A DNA stretch of 63,978 nt, counting the filler, from Choristocarpus tenellus KU-1152 (lineage: Eukaryota; Protista; Phaeophyceae): the NCBI GenBank assembly GCA_964200185.2. It is 11 parts of 11 records of this genome, joined end to end, with 100 filler letters (N's around TTAATTAATTAA, not from the genome) between each part and the next. Parts side by side here need not be neighbours in the genome. Positions count along the whole stretch, not along the records: positions 38,864 to 44,147 come from CAXNAD020011269.1; positions 44,248 to 49,161 come from CAXNAD020012554.1; positions 49,262 to 57,090 come from CAXNAD020005523.1; 8 more parts are not named here. One strand, written 5' to 3'. The position numbers and the translations under genes were made by a program. A model generated the notes under the pieces. The model ran no database searches. It worked only from the letters and a program-made list of their open reading frames with translations, and was not told the origin of the DNA. Positions 39,765-52,421 of the stretch are shown piece after piece. The stretch's first letter is position 1, and each line of letters opens with the position of its first letter.

Positions 39765-42700
39765 ATGCGTTCATGTCACATCTCTCCATACGGTGTTGTC
39801 CTTCAGCTTATTGGGTTCGCATCTGTAGCCCTTATTTATCCTTTCTCCGATGCGCTTCTAGCGCGTCCAGCAGGACTTGGCCAGCTTGCGGGTACTCCAG
39901 TCTTCCCAACTCGAGTACATCGGCCAACACGCACTTCGGCGGGGCTTCACCAGCTATGCTGTGTGGCCAAGATCCCAAGGTGGGACTTAGATTTGGCTTG
40001 AAGTAAATTTTCCCTATTTTGGTTCAGTTGACGATAAATTTAATCTGATTCCTTCGTTTGCTTGTCCTTGTCTTCTACTTGGTTGGCCCTTTCTCTCTAC
40101 AGTGGAGACGATCCCTATGTGATGCTACGAAAGCAAACAGCGGAGGCGACCCAGGCGGCTATCGCTGCTGGAATTACTCAGGTGATTTGAAAGGTGCTTG
40201 CATCTGTATTTTACTTTTGTCCTTTGCTTTCCTTTGCGGATTTCTCGTATCACAGAAAGCTCACACTCCAGAGGGCAACCAGTGTTAACTGGCACGACAG
40301 TGTGTTACACAGCCCTCAGCTTGTGACCTCATGGGCGGTCGAGATTGATGATGCGTTCCTCGATCCCAGAGAACGATTGTTCTCTGCAGGCTAGAAGAGA
40401 AATAGGGCACTCAGATTTCTGGATCCCAAATTCTCAATACCTGTCGACTATCGTGACTCAAAAAGATATCGAACCGAAAGGTGCACAGTACTATGGCACG
40501 CAGGACCTCTAATAGGACAGGGTTTAGGTTGGCGTATCTATTGGTGGTCAATCTACCTCCTCGCCGAATGGCTAGTTACCTCCTTTGACAGCTGCTTAGC
40601 TTTGTGGTGCTTAGATGATACAATCCTGCCGGTACACTTCATGTCTCGTCGGAGATATTACGTACTGGGTTGAACGTCACGGCATCGCAGCCTCTCCCTG
40701 AGATTTCTACCACTGCCTGCAGGTCAATAGCACAGAATTTCCTCCAATGTCAGCAAGGTATGTTACGGCTTAGCCCTTATGCAATACCAGTTCTTGGCTG
40801 AAGACCAATTCCGAGTAGGCAATTTTTGGGTGAACAAAGAATAATGAGCCAGTTTTAGTAGATCAGTGTTTATGTGTCCTCGAATAGGAAGAAAATGAGG
40901 CCGGGACTGCTTCAGTCTTTCAATGTTTGGCCCTTTGTTTCAACAACACACAGTGCCCAGCTGGAAACGGGAATGCACACATACACAAAGCTTGACCTGT
41001 GTTCCTGCCTTTTTTCCACACCACCTTGTACACTTGCTCTACTGGCAGATTGAGTTAGAGTTTCCTCCTGTAAGGGACAAGCTTGACATTTCACTGGGCG
41101 AGGTGAGCGATGATTGCTTCTTCAAGAACGGGTTATGATAATGTTATTGTAGAGTCACATGAAGGGTCACTCCAACTACTTCTGGTAATATCTCTGTTTA
41201 CATGAACAACCGCATGGAGTTTGTAAACGAAAAATGTGATACCTTCAAGGGTTTGGAGTGCTAACTCAATAATATTGGTAACTCAAAATTGATCAACACT
41301 TGGCAGCTACTTCTCAGCAGAAGTGATACGATTTATGAGAAGAGAGTGCCTTCAACCCTGCTTGGGGGTGCCTACTTGGGACACTTGAGTTGTTTCCCTT
41401 GGGTCTTGTATTTCTGCCCTGGGGGGTGCCCTGGCTGGACACATTCTGGTATGAGAAGATTGAGTCTCATGTATCCATCCCCTCTGCATTTTGTGCCTTA
41501 TGCTTACAACAGTGGTGAGCATCAGCATGTTGTACTCTCTTCAGCACAATCGACTACCCAGTAAGGTTTATTTCTTTCTTGGTTGCATTCCCACTGTTTC
41601 CCCCCCCTCCCCCCCCCCCCCCCCCCCCCCCCCCCCTTTATTTTTTCTTTTTTCCCTCTCTCACACCCNNNNNNNNNNCCCCTACAGCTCACCATTTCTT
41701 AATAGTCCTATTGCCCTCCCTGCTAAAACACTTAGTATAATACCACACAACCTGCTGCAATATGACATTGATAAAATGACTGACCCGATCTCATGCTGCT
41801 CTTGTAAGTGGACTAAACTCTCACTTTTTTTAGGTAGGCCACAGTCCCCTGGATCTGGATATTGAATCCCCCCCCGTGCTGATGCTCTGTTAATGTTACA
41901 GACCAGTGAAGCTAACTGTGGCTTTGCTCGAGAGCTGGCAAGGACGTTCTCAGCCAGGTTTGGTCGGGAGCTATGGCTTGTTTTTCCTGACCAGGGAGAG
42001 GTGAGGGTTTTTGGATTATTTCATGATGTGGTGGGACCTACTAGAGGCAAAGAAGCTGTGAATGTTTGCGTTGAGGGGGGGGGAGACTGTGGCAACATGA
42101 TATTTTCGAGGCATGTAATTAATGCTCGTATCTGCTGTGTAGATCTGGTTGGTGAGGTTTATTGATGTGGTTTGTGATATAAGGAGACCCATTGACTGGG
42201 GAGTGCATGTACCGGTCCTAAACTTGTGCGACTTCTGGTGCTGAAGTGAAAGTCACAGCTTGGCCCATAAATATCTTTGAGAGGGCAGACCCCCTTTGCA
42301 CTTCCATGAAAAGTATCATGCACTTGGATTTGGAGCAGAGCTTTCGAAAACACTGGAGCCATACTTTGCTGCGTATGATGTGGTGTATGTCGAAAATAAA
42401 ATGGTGAACTAGGTATGACTAGGTGTTGATGAATTGTCATGCTTTGTGCTCTGTGTACTTTGTGGGCGTGACCTTGCTTAGGATTTTGCATTCTTCCCCC
42501 TAAAGTAATTTTTCCAGCACTGCAGTTGTTGTTCTCCCTCTTGAATGTTTCAGAAGCGAACGTCCTTGAGGTGTACTGAAGATTGGCGTTTGGTTCAGTT
42601 CATTTTTTGAAGGCATGCTTTACCATTGATCATGTTGCAGGGCTATACGTGGGAAGTAGGGGTAAGAGATAAGTAGGATGTGGCTTGTGGTGTAAGCCGG

Positions 42701-43964
42701 TGCCTGCCCTATAAGACCAGCAATGGGGTCGCTGTTAGGGTGTCGACAGAAGCAGGAACATGGTGATTTTTGTCTCTAATTAATCTCAAAACCTGTGCTA
42801 GTTGAAGCTGGAAAGTACACTTTTTTTAATGATTAGGCTGATGGGGAAATAATGAAAAGAGCAAGGAAGTAGATTTTTTTTTTTGCGCGTCACTCTACTA
42901 GTAGCTATGTTGAGCCTCGCCATGTGCTGATAGCGTATGACCTGCTGTATTGCATCCCAGGTGTTGGTTCACTCCTTATTACACGGGTTTTTGTAATAGG
43001 AGTGCAACTGCATGGTTGCACACTCTCTAGCATGAACTTGCAGATGATGATGACTGACAGAAGCAAGCCCACACCAGGACAAGGCAAAATATTACTACAC
43101 AATTCTTTTTGAGATGTACATGAACAGAGTACTCAGTATCTCCTAAGGTGATGCTGGATGTTGATCTCTTGTGACCAACCAGCCTACACTGCACCGCCAC
43201 CTCTGTCAGTTGCCAACGGATTGACCTGGACACAATTTAGTTGCCTTCCCCTCTTGTCATGTACACCTACAGAAGAGAGTCATCTCTCTGATGCTCCGCT
43301 CTCACAAAACAATCCCCAGCACTATTCTAGAGCAGCAGTGTATATACTACAAAGTACAGTACATTCTATCCACTGTGTGTGTGTGTGTGTGTGTGTTGTT
43401 GTTTTTTTGTTTTTGTGGTTTTGTGATTGGTCAGGCTGCGCGAGCACAGAAAAGGTACGGCAAGACAACCTTCACCGTCACTAGCATTGAGGGTGCAATG
43501 AACGAGGGGAAGGACTTTGAGTGCAAGATGCAAATCGTCGTCAACCCAGGCATGACAGAATTGACTCTCTCCCCATTTGCCTTCGGCAGTCTTCAACCCC
43601 CCACCCCCATCGCCTACCTCACCTAATCAATAAGTCTGTTTTTTTTCAACATATTTTTGCCCTAATCCGTTCACCAGTTTGGACACCTCTGAGATAAGTG
43701 AGTCCTGGACACAAAGGGATCCTTGGCACCCTATCATGGTCACACACCCTTCCCCCCAAGTGTCTGAGATGTCGTTCATATCATATATAAGCGATAAACG
43801 CCTGCAATGCCGGTTCTGAAGTTATTTTTCTACTGTCTCCCCCAATCCTGGTTTGGCACTGTGCTACTCACATGCCAGGGTTCAGCATCAATGAGTGGAT
43901 AAATCTGGACAAGATCTACCGCCCTGGGGTTCCTATGGTGCTCCTCAACGGAGGGCTTGACAAG
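39765..43964 (+). CDS. DUF1995-domain plastid protein (LPA3-related family), 3'-incomplete; exons 39765-39979, 40103-40181, 41049-41102, 41902-42000, 43435-43549, 43879-43964
   Basis: Phase-consistent splicing gives a signal/transit-like N-terminus, then ...QTAEATQAAIAAGITQ|IELEFPPVRDKLDISLGE|TSEANCGFARELAR...LWLVFPDQGE|AARAQKRYG...QIVVNPG|FSINEW...PMVLLNGGLDK. EFPP, FPDxGEAA and xxLNxxLD are DUF1995 motifs. Confidence 0.85.
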
Positions 43965-44752
43965 GTCATTTTTTTATGTTTCTATTTTTGACGTTGGTCT
44001 TGAAACAGAAAATGTGTTTATTGCTAGCTCTACACTGGTGCTTTGTCTCATCATGAATGCGTTATTTTTTGGCTCGGCAATTGGTAGGATTGAATCAATC
44101 TGGGGGAGGGGATGGGAGGGGAGTGGGGGTGGGGGTGGGGGGACAGGNNNNNNNNNNNNNNNNNNNNNNNNNNNNNNNNNNNNNNNNNNNNTTAATTAAT
44201 TAANNNNNNNNNNNNNNNNNNNNNNNNNNNNNNNNNNNNNNNNNNNNGTCAAGCCCATCCTCAATGAAAAGCTCCATCCTCAATTTTTGAAATCGGCTGT
44301 TATTCCCTGGAGTCAGAATTTATTGTACCTGCTGTTAGTTATGAACCCCATCTGCCACTTGTGATGCTGTTTTATAACCAAGTCAGACCAATTGAGAGGT
44401 AGGCAGATATTGGTCCTTTTGAATTCTAAGCCATCGTTCTCACCCTGTGTAGTACACTCTATTTCCTTGCTGTATGTGCACAACAGAGTACAAAAATCGA
44501 TATTCCCCCTTTCCAAACACAAAGTTACACCACAATTCAACAAAAGACTCTTTCTGCAATTGTGCAACAATATTGTTTTTCCCTTTCTTAGGATCCTTAG
44601 AATGCAACCCTGCCTACCTCTCAGTTGGATTGTCTCAGTCCCTCACCTAATAATGTTAAGATGACAATATTATAGCAAAACTTACGAACAATTGTTAAGG
44701 GATACTTGGTGCTACCATGATGTGTGACTCTTATGTATATTTGTACTATTAT

Positions 44753-47700
44753 GTCCTCTGACATTTTACAGATTTGTCAGGGGAAAAAACAATGAAAAAC
44801 AGTCAAATGTCAGAACAATCCCTAACAAAGTAACAGTTGTCGTAAATGAGAAATATATCTTTCTATCATCTATTTATTATTTTACTACCACCTATGCTAC
44901 ACCGCTGCCCTCCTGTGCCTCCAATCTAGCTTAGTCCTGCACCCCCAGGGTGAGGAGGTAGGGAAGCATACCAAGAATCTAACAGGACCCTCCTTGCCCA
45001 TCTCCCTGATGTCTCCAGCTTAAAACGCATGACACGTCTAGCTAGAGCTACTTTTGTTGTGACAGAGAATACCTGATTAAGACGGGATTTGACAGCCCCT
45101 TTCCTGCTGCAGCCTCCTGCCCCTCTCCCCCCTACCGTGTGCGTAGCCAACCATCCAGAAAACGTTCCGCTTGCTTACCGAGGCGCCCAAAACCTTCCAT
45201 CGTGAAGGTGTTGAGATTATAACTATGAGGGTCAAAAGAGCCCTCGTAGTGGGTGCACTTTCGCGTCTCTGCTGCAGAAGCGGCTACACCATTGCTGGTG
45301 AATGAGTGTGTTAGGTGAGATGCTGCCTGCACTTCTGCAAACGCAACATCTAGAAGGAGGCCTTTGTCCCAGTAGGGAACTGGTCTGGTGTCCGCAAGTG
45401 CCCCCACAAGGAAACCAGATCCATGCGGAAATTCCGGTCCACTGTGAATGAGCTACCATCCTCCATAGTGCAAGGGATGCCCATTTCTTTGCAGAGTTGA
45501 CCTAGACACTTCACCATCGGTGTACGTTGGCGGACCTGTTCTCTTGCACTAGGGCAGATACGTGCATGTCTTGTATCTACATTTTGCCTCCTGCACCCAG
45601 CCACCGGGCACCTGTTCGATAGGACCTCCTCCTTCCCAAGGGATCTGCTGGCAGTGAGTCTAAACTCTATGGGAGGGATCTGGCATGCTGGTTCCAGGGA
45701 TTGTGTTGAGATCCATGCATTTGCCCCTTGTCCACATTGACTCTGGTGGTATTCCAGGGCTAGCGAGGAGCTTTCCTTCCCTTGTTCTGCTTCGTCAGGC
45801 AAGGCAGCCAATTGGGTCCGGAAAGAGTCAAACCGGATCCTGTTCAGAAGACGGGTGATCTCGTGTTGTGTCCTCCATGTGTTCCTGGCATCACGGGCTC
45901 CCAGAGTATGGACCTCTGGGGCAGGTGCGGGGGTTGTCCTTCCCCCCCAGGCTACCCAGCGTTGGCCAATAATTTTCACCAAGTCTTGTGAAGGGACTCC
46001 TATAGAGAGGAGGGTGTGGATGGATGATCCCAGGGCCCTTACTATGGGGCTCATGCAGATGGCTTGTGAGAAAGACTCTCCATGAGGCCCTTGTTGCCCT
46101 GCTAAAAGGTTGGGGAATAGCCACACCAGTGATCCTACGAAGGTTGCATGTTGGCGATGCTTTGTAGAGGATAGGCCCAACCCCCCTGCACTTGTGGGCA
46201 TCTGTGGTTGTACTTGTTGGTATATTTCCAGGCGGAGAGACCTATTGTCACACCTCCTTTGAAGAAGTCAGTGGCTCTTACGGAGACTGCTACCTCCATT
46301 ATCTTCTCAAACATCCATAGTGAGATATTTTCTGTTTGCTCCATGGTGGAGCGTACCAGGTGGGGGGGAGTGGCCCTCGCCAAATAGCCCAAACAGGAGG
46401 AGAGGGACCAGGAGTTGAGGATTCAGGCCACTTGTTTGTCCTCCACCTCACTGAGTTGCGTGGCCAGTGTTCGTGACCCAGAGCTCTTGATCACCTCAGC
46501 CAGGCGGCTTGGATATATCCATCTGTTCCTACTGGAGTCCCCAATGTAACAAAACTATTTGGGTTCGGGGCCAGGTTGATTCCAGCTGTGGCCAAAAGTT
46601 CCAGTTCTGAGGGCGTGGGTTGGTGGCCCTGGGGAGGTGCAACAAAGGTCTTGTCCGCGTTGAAGGCAATGCCTACCTCATGTAGATCAGTTTATAGCCG
46701 TTCAAAAGTAGCTATTGTGTTAAGGTTGATCTCCCTTGTAGAAATGGATGTGTCATCCAGATAGCTTCGAGAGGACCCTCTGGGGTCCAAAGGTAGACTG
46801 GACCAGTTATAGGGCTTTGGAGGTGGCCATGCAATATAGGAGGGGGCCAAGGGGGTCCCCTTGTTGTGCCCATCACCTCGATGGCAGTATCTTCACCCCT
46901 CCCTCATCCAAGCGGGAAAAAAGATTATAGGTGTCTCCATACACCTCGGGTAGGAAGGGCAGGAGTCCTGGTAGAGTCTCAGGGAGGGCCTTGATGAAGC
47001 CCGAGCAGCGTACACCGTTGAAGGCGTTTCTTCCTTCTAGACTGCTGACCCATTTGCCACACTCATTCCATAGGCGAATGTCCAGAAGGGCACACTCCAT
47101 CCTGTTTGGAACCCCTACGCCAAATTGTCCCATTCCGCCGAAATATTCCTCTAGGTAGGAGCGAAAGTCTGCACAGAAGGCTGAAGCACATGCCCTTCTG
47201 AAGAAAGAGCCACAGGCAACCGAGCAGCACTTCTCTCCAATCGTGGTCTGGACTTTGTGTGGAGCGTCCAAAATTCCGGAGGTAAAGAGTCCAGGGAGGT
47301 ATAGACAAGCTACCAAAGCTTTGCAAATGGCTCTGCCACTTCTTCATGACCAACATCTGTCGTGATGGCTGATCTGATATGGCTGAGGTGCACCCATTCA
47401 GGGTCTGGTGCAGAGTTCATGTTCGCCCTCATGAACATTGCCTGCAGGGAGGTGGGGATGTACTCCCCCTCAGGGGGCAGTACTATTGTTTCCCAGACCT
47501 TGTATCCCTTTGTACCTTGTCCTTTGCATCCATAATGGACTGCCTAAGCTCATATGGGTTCTCACTCGGGTGCTTGGGGACCAGCACCCTGAAAGTCTCC
47601 TCCGTCCCTGGGGCTCTGGGTTGTGCCAAGAGAACACTTGCCCCCTTGGAGATCCTCCATGGTGGTGACCCAGAGCTGCAGCTTGTTCCTGGCGGGATTT

Positions 47701-48306
47701 GGGATCATTTCCAGGGGGCTACCGACGTCTGCTGATCCTCTGGGATTGTTCTAGTAGCCATGCTACCAACTCCTGGATGTTCCCTGATGCTACATGGGTG
47801 AACCTTTCCTTCCTCGAGAAACTTTCCATCATTGGCCAGTGAGAGGCCAGTGACCAGGTGGAGGAGCTTGGACACTCTGATGGCCCCCCTTCTAGCCTTG
47901 GGATGGTTACTTCATGCATCAGGAGATCCGCTGTGTATATGAGGGTGATTGCATGGGTGGTGTAGAACCTGCCAGGGACCTTCTTAACTGTGGTGATGTT
48001 TACCTGCTCCAGGGTCTCCATGTGGATTTGGTCACGGGCAGAAGCAACACTTGTAGTGTGAACCTCCCATGGCAAATGTGGATGTGGGGGTAGGTAGCCC
48101 AGATTTCCTGGGGGGGGATAGTGGGGATGAGGGGATGGGGGTCGTGGTAGCGGTGGTGGTGGTGGGTTGGGGTGGAGAGGGGTGTGAGATGGGTTGGGGT
48201 GTGGAGGAAAGGGGTGCCCCGACCTGCAGAGGGAGGTGGGTGGGGTGTAAGTCTTGGCCTGGAATATTGTGTGATGTAAAAAGGTGGATTTGGGCTGCGG
48301 TGGCAT
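44753..48306 (-). mobile_element. Near full-length degenerate CRE-like non-LTR retrotransposon (RT, zinc knuckle, RLE endonuclease, 3' UTR hairpin)
   Basis: Across frameshifts: QFGVGVP...E...RNAFNGVR; AQQGDPLGPLLY (about 46870-46835); YLDD (about 46764-46753); PTSAGGLGL; CPVAGC...HARIC; RMDL; LLLDVAF...AETRKCTHY...EGFGRLG. Confidence 0.9.
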
Positions 48307-48403
48307 TATTCAAATGGGCCATAAGCTCGCTGGGGAGGGGTTGGGTCTTTGGCTGGTGAGGGTGGCGTAGGTGCGGTTGAAAAGTGTGGGGATGGGTAGA
48401 TGT

Positions 48404-48661
48404 GAGTGAAGTATCTCAGAGGGTACGAGTTTTGCCCTGTTTGTCCATTTGGGGTTTGGTTTCCCATGGGTTATTTTAAGACATTTTCCTACTCCAAAAT
48501 GTTTCGGAGTAGGTAAAATGTATATATTATTAAAAGTTGTGTCCAGAGCATGGGCATTGACACTTCCTAACAAACACGATAGCCAAAATCACATCAAAAC
48601 CGTAACATTGGATTTTGGTCCCCATTTGGACGTGGCTCTACCCTCTAAGACACTTTGGCTC
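48404..48661. mobile_element. MITE family B, complete, TSD ATGT
   Basis: atgt|gagtgaagtatctcagagggta...taccctctaagacactttggctc|atgt. Confidence 0.92.
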
Positions 48662-48834
48662 ATGTGTTCTGTAGTGGGGGCATGTGAAAGGGTGTTTTGC
48701 GTCTTCACAGAGGCTAACCATGTTGGTGGGGTGGAGCGAGCACCCACAAAAGAGGATGCTCCAGTGGTCCGAGGGGAGTGGCTAGGCAGGTTGGGCAGGG
48801 GGGGAATGAAGGGGAAGGGGCTGGGGGCTGGGGG

Positions 48835-49080
48835 CATGGGATAGACAGGAGGCGAAAAGTTGGGATGGCAAGAGAGGTAGGGCACGATTCTGTGCAGATG
48901 GATCCAAGCACGGCTTCAGTTCCCGCACTCCTCAATTTGGGCAGGGAGGGAGCGAAGGGAAGGGGCTAGGGGGTTGGGGCGTGGGATGGAGAGTAGGTGA
49001 AAAGTGGGATGGCAAAAGGGATAGAGGATGATAGTGTATGGATGGATTCAACCACAACTTCAGTTCCCATGCTCCTCTCT
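48835..49080. repeat. Imperfect tandem repeat with ~145-bp period upstream of the CRE-like ORF
   Basis: gggatggcaa...gatggat(c/t)caa...cttcagttccc...ctcctc occurs at about 48862-48932 and about 49006-49076. Confidence 0.65.
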
Positions 49081-50413
49081 CCATGGCAGCATAGTAGCGT
49101 TCCGGGGTTGCTGGGGTGTGGTAGGTGGGGCATGGGATGGGGTGTAGGGGGTGGGCATGTGNNNNNNNNNNNNNNNNNNNNNNNNNNNNNNNNNNNNNNN
49201 NNNNNTTAATTAATTAANNNNNNNNNNNNNNNNNNNNNNNNNNNNNNNNNNNNNNNNNNNNTATATAAAATAAGAGAGGATCGGGATATAAGAGAGGGGT
49301 TTTTGCTTGCCCTTACCCTCCCTTATTATGTAGGTACAGCGACTGACTGTAGTAATATTGGAGTAGAGCTGTATGTACCATATATTCTTAGTTAGGACAA
49401 AACCCTCCTCCCTTTTTCCTAACCAAAAAGCGAACTGTAACCACAAGTTGTTGAAATTTCCCCTAAATTTCAAGGGGAATATGTTTCAAGCAAGGGGCGG
49501 TAACTAAAGTATTTCAGTAGAACTACTTCTAAGAGGCCACAAAATCTACCTCTCTGTAAATCTGTTGAAACAAAGGTTTAGATGCCACAAATAAGAAAGC
49601 GGTATAGTTGACATTTTCCAAAGTCCATGCGACTCAAAGTTGGCTATTGACCAACAGAATATTTGGTGGGGTGTGCCAACAAGAAGACCTTGAGAAGTTT
49701 AGGGTCACGACGGAGGGATGGTGCACAAGGACAACCAACCTGCACAGATGATATAAGGCGTTGATTAGCCGCATGACAAACGTTCATGGCGAAGTGGGTT
49801 ATTTCCAACCAATCTGTGGTAGCCGATGTCATGATGAAGCAGCAGGCAAGCCAGCCCAAGCAACCACCATCACGCCACTATCTGCTGAATGCAGATTTCT
49901 TAGTGCATGTTTCTTTTTGGTTTGATTACTCTTGCGTCCCTCTATTCCCTTCCAATCGTTTTTGTTCCGCGAGATGTTATGAGAGGCGTTTTCTGATTGG
50001 ATCAAACTGGGGGTGGAACTCGGGTTTATGGTGTTAACTGAGTTATACGTACTGTATATTTTCTTTGTCTATATTAGTAAGAGACACTTGTAAAGTACTT
50101 CTTTCTTTACTCTCTTATTACTCTTCTCATTTTCTTCCAAAGGAGTATCGTATTTGTACGTTTCAAGCGTGTATATTTTCCTTCTTCCTACTACTTTTTA
50201 ACCATAAATCTATGAAATCCTCACAGTAATGTTGAAGAACAAAAACATAACACTAAAGAGAAGAAATAATTGACCAACGAACAAAGTGCGCGGGGAGAAA
50301 TTGTACAAGTTATACTACAAAAAGGTCTAGAGAGATGGAAGTGAGACTTATCTTGTCACATATTTATTGACTTGATGCTTCTCCCTGACAGCTTAGTTGA
50401 GAGCCACAGTGTC

Positions 50414-51300
50414 CTACCTACTAGAGGGGATTGGATTCAGACCATTTTGATTGCATGGGTCATACAAAGCGTTGTGCTTGACACCCCATTTCGTGGCCAA
50501 GATGCAGGTAACCCCCATCACGAGCCTGTGGATATAAGAAGAGGTGTATCCGCATCGAGGAAATGGCCTTTTCCTCAAATACATTATCCCACACAAAATG
50601 TCAAACTTAAAAGTCATGGAGACCCCTTATGATCAACGGCACCCTTCTCTAGGACACTTTGAGTCTGAGCTTGACCGTTCTCCTCCATCTTTTGTTGTGT
50701 AAGGGAAGAGCTGACCACAGTCTACGATCTTCACAAAGGGAGTTTGGGAGAGGGCGAAATGGAAAAGGGAGAGAGAGAGAGAGAGAGAGTGAGAGAGTGA
50801 GAGAGAGAGAAGAATGTGCAAATGGGCTGACAATTTTTCCAAGCAAGAATTATTTTTTAGAATCTATTGTGTTGCATAGTGATGGTAGAAACAATCACAG
50901 TGTACTCTCTGGAATGTTGCAATTACCATTATATCACTCCCAAACGTTGAATTTTGATAGTTGATGTGTTAAATGAAGCCACACCAACCTGAGCTCAGTC
51001 ACGCTCTTCTGAAGGAAGCACAGGCAGAGGAAAAGGTTGAGCGATTTCAAAGTCGGAAGCAAAATCTAGCATGAGATTCGTGTGTCTAAAATCTCCGTAC
51101 AGAACACGATTTTCTCCTATGTTTCAGGTCCAACTTGCACTGTTTTGTCGTTACACATGTGGAGGGTTTGTAAGGGTGCAAAAAAATTGGATTGGTACAT
51201 GCCAACACAACGTGTGCTGGGTTTTCCATTCCAACAGACAGAAAGGGTATAGTGTGACTTCCAAAAGTAGAACATTCCCTATGCTATTCAATATTCCACC
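50414..51300 (-). pseudogene. Possible decayed protein-kinase-like fragment
   Basis: Minus-strand peptides ENRVLYGDFRHTNLML (HxD/catalytic-loop-like) and FVKIVDCGQ (DFG-like) occur in the expected order but in broken frames. Confidence 0.3.
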
Positions 51301-52242
51301 TTGCCGTAGGTGTGTATTGTGGGAGGTGGTACATGAAATCCTGCTCTAGTGTTTGTCAACAGGATAGTGATTGTGACGGTTTGAAGGAACTTGTTCAGGG
51401 TTCTACGGATTTGCCTTGCACCATCAATGGTGGTTCCCTTTTTCTTTCACGGCAGAAATAGTTGACTTGCCCAGCAACTGCCGAGCGGAAACTGAAGGTT
51501 TCATACGATTACGGGAGGGAATAATCAAGTAATGCGGTGCTCTATCTTGCCATGGCTTGGTAAGGTCCAAGCCGCGGATGTGTGAGATGCCCATGGGCAT
51601 CCACCTAGCAGCTGTAGTGGAGCTACGTTTGTGAATCGATCGTGACACAGAGCTCATCCAACCACCGCATGACAGACTATTAATGAACTCCTCACACCTT
51701 CGGACAAACACCAAAAGTTTTGACTTGTTACTTTGAGCCGAAGTTTCTTTAATTGGGGGCGCCCTTGTTGTAAAGGGGTCTCTTGCGGCTGTTCTTTGAT
51801 TCGTATATTTACGTCCCTACATCCTCCAATCCATCAACAGACCATCCATCCACAGTGTCAATATTCTACATCTACAGGCTCATGATGGAGCTTTTCTGGA
51901 TTTGGGATACAAAAAGGGTGTGTGAGAGTTCACAATTATTAGCCCCCTAACAATCAAAAGGTCAAAATCCGCCTCCCTCTAGGATACTTCGGGTCTTATT
52001 CTACTGAATTACACTTGTTCTACTGAGTTGCACTATTAGATCTCTTTAATTGTTTGAAAAATATTAAAGGCAGTTCAGAAAATATCCTATACACATTTGG
52101 AAAAAAAAAAGCTGAATCTTGCACATCTCTGTCAGCATCCTTAAAATTCAACTCTGGGTACCTCTGGTTTACTCTGTCTCTCCAGTTGTAGGTCAGGATA
52201 GTCCCGTGAAGTGGAAAAAATAGTGGTTGTTCGAATAAAGAT

Positions 52243-52421
52243 GGCTCAAAGTATCTGGGGGGGGGGAAGGTCTAAATCAGGATGTCCATTTGGGCCCTGA
52301 CCAGGAAAAGTGCACTTACATTATCCATCCGACGCATGCAATCCAAATCATCCTAAAATCGCAACATGGGAAAATGGGCCCCAAATGGACAGTTGCCACC
52401 TTCCCCCAGATAGTTTGGACC
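52243..52421. mobile_element. MITE family A, complete
   Basis: ggctcaaagtatctggggg ... cccccagatagtttggacc. Confidence 0.88.

Noticed and set aside
41832-41901. LDIESPP as a frameshifted DUF1995 EFPP exon
   Set aside because: The true IELEFPP exon lies at 41049-41102 and splices in frame to 41902, so no frameshift is needed.
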